This document shows, piece by piece, positions 21,519 through 30,293 of a DNA stretch of 64,000 nt. The position numbers and the translations under genes were made by a program. Where the stretch lies: positions 1,344,001-1,408,000 of the forward strand of contig CAVSHB010000001.1 of assembly GCA_963727775.1 (NCBI GenBank), in the 5' to 3' direction. The DNA comes from an uncultured Nitrospiraceae bacterium (GTDB lineage Bacteria > Nitrospirota > Thermodesulfovibrionia > Thermodesulfovibrionales > SM23-35). The stretch's first letter is position 1. Each line of letters starts with the position of its first letter. The notes under the pieces were generated by a model that ran no database searches, had not been told where the DNA came from, and saw nothing but the letters and a program-made list of their open reading frames with translations.

Positions 21519-21543
21519 CGTTTATAAATATAGAACAATTTAT

Positions 21544-21571
21544 ATTATGAACTTTTTACTCTTCATGTCAA
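21544..21571 (-). promoter_or_regulatory. Putative sigma70 promoter for the leader-porin-ABC operon
   Basis: Minus strand TTGACA-N16-CATAAT. Confidence 0.5.
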
Positions 21572-21596
21572 GAAAGCAAATACAAACATCTTCAAT

Positions 21597-22343
21597 TTAC
21601 TTATTTAAACGAAATGCCACCGGTACCAGTACCCATTCGTCAATCGGGGTCTCCCCTTGACGCGCTGGAACAAAGCGCCAGTTTTTTACGGCCTCAGCAG
21701 CGGCATTATCCAAAAGTTTGTAACCAGAGGAGCGGGATATATCAATTTTAACTGCTTTTCCTTCCCGGCTTACCAGCACCTTCAACGTCACTACTCCTTC
21801 CATTCCCATTCGTCTGGCCGAAGCAGGGTAGGCAGGTTTCGGATTGTTCAAATAGGCAGCACCAAACTGGGGAGGGATAACCGAAACAGTAGAAGTACTG
21901 GGTGAGACTTGAGGGTAGATTTGAACAGAGGGCTGGACGGTATTTGATGCCGCTTTATTGCCGGACGGCAAGCTTGTTTCAGGCACTGAAACAGTAGGCG
22001 TGGAGATGGACGGAGCGAGCGTCTCAACTTTGGGCTTAACCTCAGAGGTAGGCGGGCTCGTCGGTTGTTGTATTGGAGCGGGTGTTTGCGGCGGCGATTG
22101 GTGTATCGGCTTGGGCCTTGAAGGTATCGAAACAGCTGTGTGCTTGGCTGGCAACGGCAGCTCAATGAATTGCGCATCTATGGGTTCTAATGACTGGGAC
22201 TGCTCGGCTATCTGTCCCAGCAGTAGCCCGAATCCCCATAGCATCACTCCCCATATCAGTAGAGCCGTTAACAAAACCCAAGGCAGACGCTGCCAAGGGT
22301 TATCGATATCGGCAGATTGACGTGACAAAAAGTCTCTATTCAA
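21597..22343 (-). CDS. tonB: TonB energy transducer
   Basis: N-terminal TM, Pro-rich linker, C-terminal domain YPASARRMGMEG and SSG..LLD.AA..AV..WRF.PA. Confidence 0.9.
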   Translation of the reverse strand: MNRDFLSRQSADIDNPWQRLPWVLLTALLIWGVMLWGFGLLLGQIAEQSQSLEPIDAQFIELPLPAKHTAVSIPSRPKPIHQSPPQTPAPIQQPTSPPTSEVKPKVETLAPSISTPTVSVPETSLPSGNKAASNTVQPSVQIYPQVSPSTSTVSVIPPQFGAAYLNNPKPAYPASARRMGMEGVVTLKVLVSREGKAVKIDISRSSGYKLLDNAAAEAVKNWRFVPARQGETPIDEWVLVPVAFRLNK

Positions 22344-22740
22344 CGTACTTCACTGCAATCAGAAAATGTTCTGCTCCTGCATGGCGGGCCTCGAGCATGG
22401 CTCGTACCACCACTCCTTCCGGTGCTGCACTATCTGCAGCAACAATGATGTGACCATCCGAATCCTTTAACATGGGATGTAAAGTTCCGGCCAGAGCGTT
22501 AAGCGTCACAGGGGTGCTGTCTAATAAGATTGCGCTCTCCTTAGTCACAGTCAGTGTTACCGGGGTTCTGGCCTGCATCGGTGTAGCCTTGCCCTGTGGA
22601 AGATCAATGGGCAGGGAATGGAGTTTTTGCAAGGCAAGTGACGCAAGCATAAAGGTTGCCAGAAGGAAAAACATTACGTCAATCATAGGTATAATTTCTA
22701 TGCGCCCTCGACGGGACTGCCGGGACCTACGTAGTCTCAT
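22336..22740 (-). CDS. exbD: ExbD/TolR family protein
   Basis: IEIIPMIDVMFFLLATFM motif. Confidence 0.92.
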   Translation of the reverse strand: MRLRRSRQSRRGRIEIIPMIDVMFFLLATFMLASLALQKLHSLPIDLPQGKATPMQARTPVTLTVTKESAILLDSTPVTLNALAGTLHPMLKDSDGHIIVAADSAAPEGVVVRAMLEARHAGAEHFLIAVKYVE

Positions 22741-23386
22741 GACCACCTCCATTCTTTTCCTGATCCATTCGGATATGATCTACCAGTCGTGTACCAAGGC
22801 GTTCCATTTCATCCATAGTCCTGGATTGCAGGTGCGCAAAGAAGTTAAATGCAAACAGGGCAATAAGGGCAATGATAAGGCCAAGAGTGGTCGCTATTAG
22901 CGCTTGGGCCACTCCACCCGTTATTCCGGTTGGATTTACCAGCCCGGTGCCGCCAATCAACTTGAATGACTCCATCATGCCTATGATTGTCCCTACCAGA
23001 CCAAGCAGTGGCGCCGCAGTCACGATGGTCTCCAACACCCAGAGCCCCCTGTTTAAGGCCTTTTCTATCAACTGCGCCTCGTCTGCAGCACGAGACTCTA
23101 CCCACCAGGCAGGGTTAGCGCGGTTGTCCAGGATCACCTGGAAGAAACGTCTGAAGTAGTTTCCAGGCACAAAAGACTTTATCTGCTCGTCCAATTCTGT
23201 CCATGCAAAACTATAGGTCTCCACCAGTACGAGCAGCGAGGCAGACAGCTTGACATAACGCCTATATACGAACGCCTTATCTATGATAATAGTAAGGGCT
23301 ATAATCCCCAAAAGCAACAGCGGATACACCATCATACCGCCGAATTGCAGGGCCTTTAATGAATTAGAAAAATCGTGCATATTCAC
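22727..23386 (-). CDS. exbB: ExbB/TolQ/MotA proton channel
   Basis: APLLGLVGTIIGM and GVAQALIAT..GL motifs. Confidence 0.92.
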   Translation of the reverse strand: MNMHDFSNSLKALQFGGMMVYPLLLLGIIALTIIIDKAFVYRRYVKLSASLLVLVETYSFAWTELDEQIKSFVPGNYFRRFFQVILDNRANPAWWVESRAADEAQLIEKALNRGLWVLETIVTAAPLLGLVGTIIGMMESFKLIGGTGLVNPTGITGGVAQALIATTLGLIIALIALFAFNFFAHLQSRTMDEMERLGTRLVDHIRMDQEKNGGGHETT

Positions 23387-23424
23387 ACTCCTTCTTGAAT
23401 GAAATATATTTATCTTCCATGCGC

Positions 23425-25530
23425 CTAAAAGTAGTATATGACGCTTAGGCGAGCGGTAATCGGTTCTACCGGTTTAAAGTGTCTATCATTTACGCCCTGC
23501 AAGGGCTCCCCCGGCAGCCTGGAGGTATAATAATACGCAATGTCGCTGGCCTTGCTATTGAGTAAGTTCAACCCTTCCAATTCCATCGTCAAGTGCTTAG
23601 AGAATTTGTACCCTATTTGTGCTTCCACCAGGGTTGTGGCCCCTTCATGTTGGCTGTTGTCCTCTATAAGCGGGTACCCTCCAAGATAGCGCACCCTCAA
23701 GGATCCAAAATACGGACCTATATCATGTATTGATACACCCAGGGACCCAACACCTTGAACTGCGCCGGGTATATAATCTCCAACGACGCCGGGAACTTGC
23801 GGACCCGTAGAGCGGGCCTTGGTATATGCATAATCCAAGTCAATCGTTAACCAAGGGGTGGGGGTATAATAGTTGGCAAATTCAAATCCCGTCCGCAGGC
23901 TGGGACGGCCCGGCGAGGTCTCACCGCTATCTCCGTCCCACTGAAGTTCTGAGTCGAAATGCAACTGAAAAAATGTCAGTGAACTCTGAAGCTTTGGAAT
24001 GATAGCAGTGCGTGCGCCGACCTCATATCCCCTGGAACGTACCAACGGCGCAACTCGTTGATTCGGGCCCGCCGTTGGGTCGCTTATAGGAACCGAGGTG
24101 TCGATAGTGCTACGGGCGTCATTACTGTGAAAGCCCTCTCCCGAGTTGATATAGAACTCTGTCTTGGCCCAAGGACCGAATATCAAGCTTAACTTGGGAT
24201 TTACCATGCTGGCGGATGTTCTCCCCGAATTGGCGGTCACGCTTTTGTCGCTTATCTGCAAAAAGTCAACGCGGACACCAGCTTCGGTACGAAACTTTTC
24301 AAACCAATGGAAAGTGTTTTGAAAATACGCTGCTTCGCTGGATTCGACCACGTGGTCGTCCCGCCAAACAGTAAGAACTTGACGATCTTCAGTATGGTTA
24401 AGACCGACATGAATATTGTCATTTTGCAGTTGTATACCTACTTCATTCTCCACCTCATGTCCAAACCATTTGCCAGTCAAGGTATGGCTGGCGTTTAATG
24501 CGCTCATTGTTCTCTTGTCATGCTGTTCAAATTGATCCCCATGGATAGGGTCATCAAGAAAATAGGTGAAGTTTGAATATAACTCCATCGTCTTGTCGAT
24601 AAAATAGAGATTTGCTTTGGTAACGGAATTACCGGTAGTATGCTGCCAGGCCCCGGATAGACTGTAACGGCGAGTATAAGTGAAGTCACTTGGGTCAATA
24701 TAGCCGAAACGCGATATTAAACCCTCGGTTACTGCGCGTTCGGGAATCTGGTTAGTGGCTACCCCCTGGCTTGTATACGCCATTGCAGAGAAGGTAAAGC
24801 GGTCTTGCCCTTCAACTATAGTATAGCGCAACACTCCATTGACTTTTCGGAAGTCTGCGGTATTGGTCCACGGGCCATCGTTATGTATGTATTCCATAGC
24901 CCCGAGAAGGTTTCCTCCCAACAGCTTCATCGAGTCGGCAACAAGGCCGCGCTCATAACCCTGAAATCCCACGGTCGTCTTGGCCATCCCCTGATCCAGA
25001 GTATCTACATAGTTGATGTCAATGGCGCCTACAGAAGAGAAATCCCCGTACTCAGCATAGTAAGGCCCTTTTCTATATTGCATGTTGCTGATGAGTTCGG
25101 GTATCATGAAGTTCAAATCGGAATATCCCTGGCCATGCGCATTAGTGCGTTCATTGACTAACATGCCATCAACGGTAATCCGCAGGTCCGTACCGTGATC
25201 GAGATTAACACCCCTGAGAAAATATTGGTTGGCCTTTCCTTCTCCACTGTGCTGGGTCACGATCAGTCCCGGTGTTACTTCCAATAATTCGCCAATTCGG
25301 TTGTAAGGCCGCGATTGTACCTCCTCCCTCGGGACGGTCCCTTCATTTGCAGAGTCAGCTGTGCCGATCAGATTTTCGGTGGTATCAGTGACCACCACTT
25401 CCTGCAAAGTCTGGATACCGCCAGCGTTGGCCAATGAGACAAAAATCAAGCTAAGTAGCACCACGAATAATTTAGAACAGACTCGGGTCGTTCTCGGTGT
25501 GACATTAAATCGTGCGCGGGGTCTTCTCAT
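23425..25530 (-). CDS. TonB-dependent outer-membrane receptor (probably metal uptake)
   Basis: TonB box LQEVVVT, plug motif QHSGEGKANQYFLRG, C-terminal Phe; AGGAGG RBS. Confidence 0.9.
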   Translation of the reverse strand: MRRPRARFNVTPRTTRVCSKLFVVLLSLIFVSLANAGGIQTLQEVVVTDTTENLIGTADSANEGTVPREEVQSRPYNRIGELLEVTPGLIVTQHSGEGKANQYFLRGVNLDHGTDLRITVDGMLVNERTNAHGQGYSDLNFMIPELISNMQYRKGPYYAEYGDFSSVGAIDINYVDTLDQGMAKTTVGFQGYERGLVADSMKLLGGNLLGAMEYIHNDGPWTNTADFRKVNGVLRYTIVEGQDRFTFSAMAYTSQGVATNQIPERAVTEGLISRFGYIDPSDFTYTRRYSLSGAWQHTTGNSVTKANLYFIDKTMELYSNFTYFLDDPIHGDQFEQHDKRTMSALNASHTLTGKWFGHEVENEVGIQLQNDNIHVGLNHTEDRQVLTVWRDDHVVESSEAAYFQNTFHWFEKFRTEAGVRVDFLQISDKSVTANSGRTSASMVNPKLSLIFGPWAKTEFYINSGEGFHSNDARSTIDTSVPISDPTAGPNQRVAPLVRSRGYEVGARTAIIPKLQSSLTFFQLHFDSELQWDGDSGETSPGRPSLRTGFEFANYYTPTPWLTIDLDYAYTKARSTGPQVPGVVGDYIPGAVQGVGSLGVSIHDIGPYFGSLRVRYLGGYPLIEDNSQHEGATTLVEAQIGYKFSKHLTMELEGLNLLNSKASDIAYYYTSRLPGEPLQGVNDRHFKPVEPITARLSVIYYF

Positions 25531-25644
25531 AAAATCTCCTCCTGAAAAATAAAAAATAAAAAGCCACAAAGGCATTGTCTGCTATATATAATTCCTTCCA
25601 TATTGCCTCTCACAATTCATATTGAATGTTGCATTCGCCACTGT

Positions 25645-25845
25645 TCAACTGATCATCCTTTTGGCTTCTTCAAAGCGTCTGTTCAATCTTTTATGCTCCA
25701 TATAAAGCCTTACGAGTGTCCTTAACAATTCTTCATTACCAATAGAAGAGACCTTTTCCGCCCAGTCCATGTAAATCTTTGCGTGCTCGTTGTTATGCTC
25801 CGTCCAGTAATTGAGCAACCTTTTGAGTTTTTCCAGTTGTTCCAT
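25645..25845 (-). CDS. Small helical protein with a W..HN..HA..Y..WA motif (putative metal binding)
   Basis: GGAGG RBS, 66 aa, LLNYWTEHNNEHAKIYMDWAEK. Confidence 0.7.
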   Translation of the reverse strand: MEQLEKLKRLLNYWTEHNNEHAKIYMDWAEKVSSIGNEELLRTLVRLYMEHKRLNRRFEEAKRMIS

Positions 25846-25854
25846 GAGTCCTCC

Positions 25855-25908
25855 AAATAAAAAAGCCATGAAAGATCACCTTCGGGTGAAATGCCTTCAT
25901 GGCTTTTT
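25855..25908 (-). terminator. Intrinsic terminator/attenuator in the receptor operon leader (unit 2)
   Basis: mRNA AAAGCCAUGAAGG...CUUUCAUGGCUUUUUUAUUU immediately before the RBS. Confidence 0.75.
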
Positions 25909-25999
25909 CTGAAATGTTCTTTAAATGTTTTTTTGTTTCAGCCCTTCAGGGCTTTTGAATCTTCAGCAGCGCCTTTTCAAAAAGCCCTCTTTCCCGTCG

Positions 26000-26061
26000 A
26001 AAATAAAAAAACCCCGAAAGCTTTTTGACCTGCTGGTCATTTTTTAAGCCTTCGTGGCTTT
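26000..26061 (-). terminator. Intrinsic terminator/attenuator in the receptor operon leader (unit 1)
   Basis: mRNA AAAGCCACGAAGGCUU...AAGCUUUCGGGGUUUUUUUAUUUU. Confidence 0.7.
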
Positions 26062-26119
26062 AATTCCTGATATTTCTTATAAAACAGCTTAGACTCTGAA
26101 CTTCATGTTCGGATAATTT

Positions 26120-26149
26120 AACATACCCCAAAATACAGAAATCCGTCAA
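26120..26149 (-). promoter_or_regulatory. Putative sigma70 promoter driving the leader and receptor operon
   Basis: Minus strand TTGACG followed by TATGTT at about 18 nt spacing. Confidence 0.5.
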
Positions 26150-26235
26150 GCATTTTTTACAACCCTTCGCGGTAGCGTTGAGTCGTGCTACTCCACCACT
26201 CTAAGCATTTTCACTTAAATACCCATTACGTTTAT

Positions 26236-26493
26236 CTATTTGTGCTTGTGGATTTCTTTCGCGTGTCCGGGATGCTTATGTTCATGAGGTCCGTGTTTGC
26301 CCGCATGCTCATGATTGTGAACCTCGGCTTTGCCTTTATGGTCATGTTCATGGCTGTGCTTATGCGGGTGCTCGTGATCGTGCGCGTGGGAATGTTCATG
26401 ACTATGTTTCTCGTCCTTGTGAAGATGCTCGTGGTCGTGAGTATGAGCATGCTTATGCGCATGCTCATGTTTGTGTTCATGTTCACCTTTCAT
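26236..26493 (-). CDS. Histidine-rich small protein (33 His in 85 aa)
   Basis: AGGAGG RBS before ATG 26493; alternating HxHxH pattern. Confidence 0.8.
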   Translation of the reverse strand: MKGEHEHKHEHAHKHAHTHDHEHLHKDEKHSHEHSHAHDHEHPHKHSHEHDHKGKAEVHNHEHAGKHGPHEHKHPGHAKEIHKHK

Positions 26494-26608
26494 AATAAAT
26501 CCTCCTATCAGATTGGTTGATTATTTCTTAGAATCCTGATCCGTCTGACGATATGGCATGGTTCTCAGCGAAACATAGGCCCTCCTATACTCTTGAGGAA
26601 AAGGTCAT

Positions 26609-26803
26609 CTATACTGTAACTGCCTCCACACAGTCTTGCCTCCACAGGCAATTTAACTGATCACACTCATTAACAGAGTGAGTCGCAAAACAATCGGAAT
26701 TTCCCTCTGCCCTCTGTATGTCCCTGATCAATTTTGTCTTATTCATATTCCCAGCCTTGATGCCCATCCTCTTTGCTATTTCTTTAATTTTCTCTTTTTC
26801 CAT
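26609..26803 (-). CDS. Small SAP/Rho-N-like protein with four C-terminal Cys
   Basis: IKEIAKRMGIK..NMNK..LIR.IQRAEGN.DCF....CDQ.NCLWR.DC; GGAGG RBS. Confidence 0.75.
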   Translation of the reverse strand: MEKEKIKEIAKRMGIKAGNMNKTKLIRDIQRAEGNSDCFATHSVNECDQLNCLWRQDCVEAVTV

Positions 26804-27029
26804 AAGACATCCTCACCTCCTTTTTTCAGTCTATCACCAAAAAAGGTAATACACAAATTACCCAGTGAGCAAATTGTTATAGCCGTGCGCCGCCGAAATA
26901 CTTACGTGAATGGCCTACCCGATCGAATAATGGTCTTTTCTTGAACAACTGTCATTTATGCTGTAAGCTTTATATTATAGGAATTATAATGGTAACCCAT
27001 GAATGAGGGTCACCAATAGGAGGTACATA

Positions 27030-27149
27030 ATGGAAAAAGCGCAACACAAGAGTTTTAGCAAGCCGGATGAGATTCGTAAGTTTCCAAAGGGACGACTTGA
27101 AGTTGTAGTTGATTTTCAGGGTATGATCGATTACGCAAAAACGAAGTAG
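27030..27149 (+). pseudogene. Internally deleted cupin-family gene (N- and C-termini fused)
   Basis: AGGAGG RBS; 39-aa ORF MEKAQHKSFSKPDEIRKFPKGRLEVV-VDFQGMIDYAKTK resembles both ends of a small cupin family; recognised from memory. Confidence 0.6.
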
Positions 27150-27207
27150 ATTTTCCTTAGTGGTTTGTCAAAAAGGGTCTCGAGTGACAAGGGAGAATGG
27201 TTAAGTC

Positions 27208-28065
27208 ATGAAAAGAATTATTTTAATGATTACGATTGCGGTCTTTTTTTTATTAGGCACTGTAGTAGCGCATCAGGAGGATGTGGCGGGCAAGATCGGT
27301 ATAGTTGAAAAGAGGGGACAGCGAGTACCGCTTGACCTTACGTTTTCTGACGAAAACGGCAAGCCGGTGAAGTTGAGCAATATTGTAACGAAGCCTACCA
27401 TCCTTACTCTCGTCTATTATTCTTGTACTAATATCTGTCCCCAAATGCTGGGAGGGCTTGCCACTACCCTGGGCAGCATAAAACTCACGCCGGGCAAAGA
27501 TTATAACGTAGTGACGATTAGCTTCGATGAAGATGATACCCCGGCCATTGCGAAGAGTCAGAAGGTCAATTATATCAAGGCAACCGGCCTGTCTTTTCCG
27601 GAGGAGGCATGGAAGTTCCTAACCGGAAATAGAGAAAATATCGGGAGGATCACTGAAGCGGTCGGATTCAGTTTCCGAAGAGATGAGGAAACGGGATCTG
27701 TTGGATTCGCCTCAAGAAAAGTGTCACGCGGGTTCATCCATCCGTCAGTGCTGATCTTTCTGGCACCGGATGGCAAGATCACACAGTACGTTTATGTAGA
27801 TCGATCTCACTATGGGACGATGGCGCCGATTGCCTTTTTGCCTGTGGATATTACTACGGCGCTCATTAATGCCTCTCAGGGAAAGGTTTGGACCGGCTCA
27901 AAAAACCCGATAATCCTTTGTTTCCCCAATTTGTCTGAGCAGGAAGCTCGCTTCTACATGATTTTGGCAACCGTCGGGGCGGCGACACTCCTTTGCATAG
28001 TTGCTTTTTTCATTTACCTCAGGAAAACAAGCAGAGAAACGACGTCAAAAATAAATGAGAAATAG
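27208..28065 (+). CDS. SCO1/SenC family copper chaperone
   Basis: YYSCTNICP (CxxxC), ISFD..DTP, WKFLTG and a downstream His (FIHP); C-terminal TM. Confidence 0.88.
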   Translation: MKRIILMITIAVFFLLGTVVAHQEDVAGKIGIVEKRGQRVPLDLTFSDENGKPVKLSNIVTKPTILTLVYYSCTNICPQMLGGLATTLGSIKLTPGKDYNVVTISFDEDDTPAIAKSQKVNYIKATGLSFPEEAWKFLTGNRENIGRITEAVGFSFRRDEETGSVGFASRKVSRGFIHPSVLIFLAPDGKITQYVYVDRSHYGTMAPIAFLPVDITTALINASQGKVWTGSKNPIILCFPNLSEQEARFYMILATVGAATLLCIVAFFIYLRKTSRETTSKINEK

Positions 28066-28162
28066 ATGATGGTGTTCGATCACAAATCCTACCCGATGGG
28101 TACCTGGCATCCTGCCGAATCTTCAGTAAAAAGGGCTATGCAAATAGTCACCTCACCAGCAG

Positions 28163-29905
28163 CTACTGAACTTTTACCATGAAATCGAAGAGAAGCACCG
28201 TGCCCTGATGGTTCACTTGACTGAAGATCTTATAGACACCTTTGACCGGAAAAACCACGATGGACTCTATCTCCGGTCCGAATTTTTCTCCAGGCTCGGC
28301 GTGCATGTGCATATGATCCATATGAGTGTGAGACTCCCCGGGAATAACACCGTGAGCATGAATGAACTGCTTCAGGTCTGCAAGCACAATGGCGAGGTGC
28401 ATCGGAGCACCTAAATATGGACTTAGATCTGCCACAGGTTTCTTGTTAGACTTAATAAGATATCGGAGTCTTGTCTCCTTGCCCGCCTTGATGATATCAG
28501 GGGATATTTTTAGTGTGACATGATATGCTCCGAAATCTTTCTCCGTGGAGAAATCTAGCTTCGGCTCTCCCATTCTCAGCTGGCTGGAGACTTTAATATG
28601 TGCTGTTTTACTGTAAAGCCCGTCCGCCGTTGCGAAGTCGAGTCCAACTAAATATTCTCCAGCCTTCGGGAAAGTGAAACGTAGCGGGAACGTTGCCTTC
28701 TTCAGCATCTCATCGGTTACAGGGCCTATATCTTCAGGATGTATATGCGCAAAGACGTTTAGATCGCTGCCTATGACAATAGCGTGGAGAATTCTTTCAT
28801 GATGAACCGTGAGCCCTTCAAGCGGCTTTCCGTTTTGCCCTTCGATGTGAACTGTCATCTTTGCACGTGTTCCCGCCTTAATATCTGAGGGGCTTGTCTC
28901 AAGGTGTATGACAGGTTCAGGCCCTGTATTAGCATAATGCTCGTGTTGACCGCCCTCATTACTGGCATGATTCCCCATGGTCATAGCATGTTCGATGTGC
29001 ATAAAATGTCGTGCGGGTATATTATGTGTAAGCAAGCCGGCGCATAGAAACACTCCTGATATGATGATTGCCTCAACACGCGTCCTATGAAGAAACTTCA
29101 TGGCAAATGCCGATTCATCCTGACCGTGCTGCGGAGGAGCAATGTATCTAAAGGCAAGAAAAAGGAGCAGCGCAATCTTCGCGGAAAGCACTCTTCCATA
29201 AGGAGTTGTAAAGAGTAACCCGAAACTTCCGACTTCAACCCAGGCATTATAGAGTCCGGTGAAAACCAATAGGGACAATACAGGGCCGAATAAAACATAA
29301 AATCTGTCAGCAATACCGGATACAATAAGCTGTTGCCTGCTATCCTCCGCAATAGTAGAGGGTCGGAAAATGATTGCTATGGCTATGAGTGCCCCACCCC
29401 AGAGTGAAGAGGCCGTAAAATGAAGCCAATCCGAAAGCTCCATCAAACTCAAGTCACCTAAGTCCGCAGCGTGGCTCGTCGCGCTACGTGAAAAAGCGAT
29501 GGCTGCGGATGCGCATAGCAGAAAGACTGCGACTAAGCGGGAATTCAGATGCCGCCTGCCGACAAACCACACAATCAAAGCCAGTCCGAGTCCACCTGAC
29601 CGAACTATTCCGATTCTCCCGTAGTGTGTCTTTAACAAGACGGTGGATAGTACGGGAAAGATCGCTGCGATGCCAAGACCGCTCATCTCCATGGTACGCT
29701 GTATAAAATTGCTGATGCTGCTTATAACCAGCGCAATCAAACAGAGCATGAGCAATCGCCGTAGCCTGCCGACAAACGGCGGAGAAGTGTCTTCAGCAAC
29801 CTTTGAGTGTGCAGTCCAAAAAAGGCATAAGGCAACTCCAACCAAGGTTGTCAATGCCGTAATGTCTATAAATGTTACTATGCTATGCAAAACCGTTTGG
29901 ACCAT
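28163..29905 (-). CDS. CopD-family inner-membrane protein fused to a His-rich periplasmic domain
   Basis: SHAA, WLHF...LWGG, TGLYNAW and TTPYGRVL motifs; C-terminal repeats FAHIHP / FIHAHG. Confidence 0.82.
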   Translation of the reverse strand: MVQTVLHSIVTFIDITALTTLVGVALCLFWTAHSKVAEDTSPPFVGRLRRLLMLCLIALVISSISNFIQRTMEMSGLGIAAIFPVLSTVLLKTHYGRIGIVRSGGLGLALIVWFVGRRHLNSRLVAVFLLCASAAIAFSRSATSHAADLGDLSLMELSDWLHFTASSLWGGALIAIAIIFRPSTIAEDSRQQLIVSGIADRFYVLFGPVLSLLVFTGLYNAWVEVGSFGLLFTTPYGRVLSAKIALLLFLAFRYIAPPQHGQDESAFAMKFLHRTRVEAIIISGVFLCAGLLTHNIPARHFMHIEHAMTMGNHASNEGGQHEHYANTGPEPVIHLETSPSDIKAGTRAKMTVHIEGQNGKPLEGLTVHHERILHAIVIGSDLNVFAHIHPEDIGPVTDEMLKKATFPLRFTFPKAGEYLVGLDFATADGLYSKTAHIKVSSQLRMGEPKLDFSTEKDFGAYHVTLKISPDIIKAGKETRLRYLIKSNKKPVADLSPYLGAPMHLAIVLADLKQFIHAHGVIPGESHTHMDHMHMHAEPGEKFGPEIESIVVFPVKGVYKIFSQVNHQGTVLLFDFMVKVQ

Positions 29906-29915
29906 ACTGTTAACC

Positions 29916-30287
29916 TCATTTAATTACGAATGTATAATCGCCCATGGTACGGTGCCCATCCCTCGCTACGACGCTCCAAAACACATGATAGGTTCCTCCC
30001 GGCAGCGGCGGCAAGCTGACTTCGAGCAACGTTGAGTTGGACGGATCTACCCTTCCATTCCCTTTGTCTATTTTTTTCCCGCCTGCGTCTTGAACAGCAA
30101 TCGTGCTGAATACAGGTTCCAGATCGCCATCGAACCAGATACGGACAACAGATGGGGAACCGGAAACCGTTGCCCCCACCTTCGGGTCTGAATGGTCAGG
30201 AAAAACATGCCCATGAGACACTCCCGGAAACAGCAGGAACGCAAGAAAAAATAACGAGGCCATTGTCCTGAGCTTCATGACTTGCAT
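29916..30287 (-). CDS. copC: CopC periplasmic copper-binding protein
   Basis: Mature N-terminal His (GH.FP..SDP), WFDGDLEP.FS and WSVVARDGH.T.G.Y.F motifs. Confidence 0.9.
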   Translation of the reverse strand: MQVMKLRTMASLFFLAFLLFPGVSHGHVFPDHSDPKVGATVSGSPSVVRIWFDGDLEPVFSTIAVQDAGGKKIDKGNGRVDPSNSTLLEVSLPPLPGGTYHVFWSVVARDGHRTMGDYTFVIK

Positions 30288-30293
30288 TGTATA

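Noticed and set aside
26172..26191. Palindrome GTAGC-N10-GCTAC as a NikR operator
   Set aside because: Only one half-site resembles deltaproteobacterial NikR boxes and the spacing does not fit; unsupported.
26185..26520. Met/Val-rich + strand ORF and Asn/Met/Thr-rich alternative minus frame
   Set aside because: These are by-products of the low-complexity His codon repeat; only the His frame has a strong RBS.
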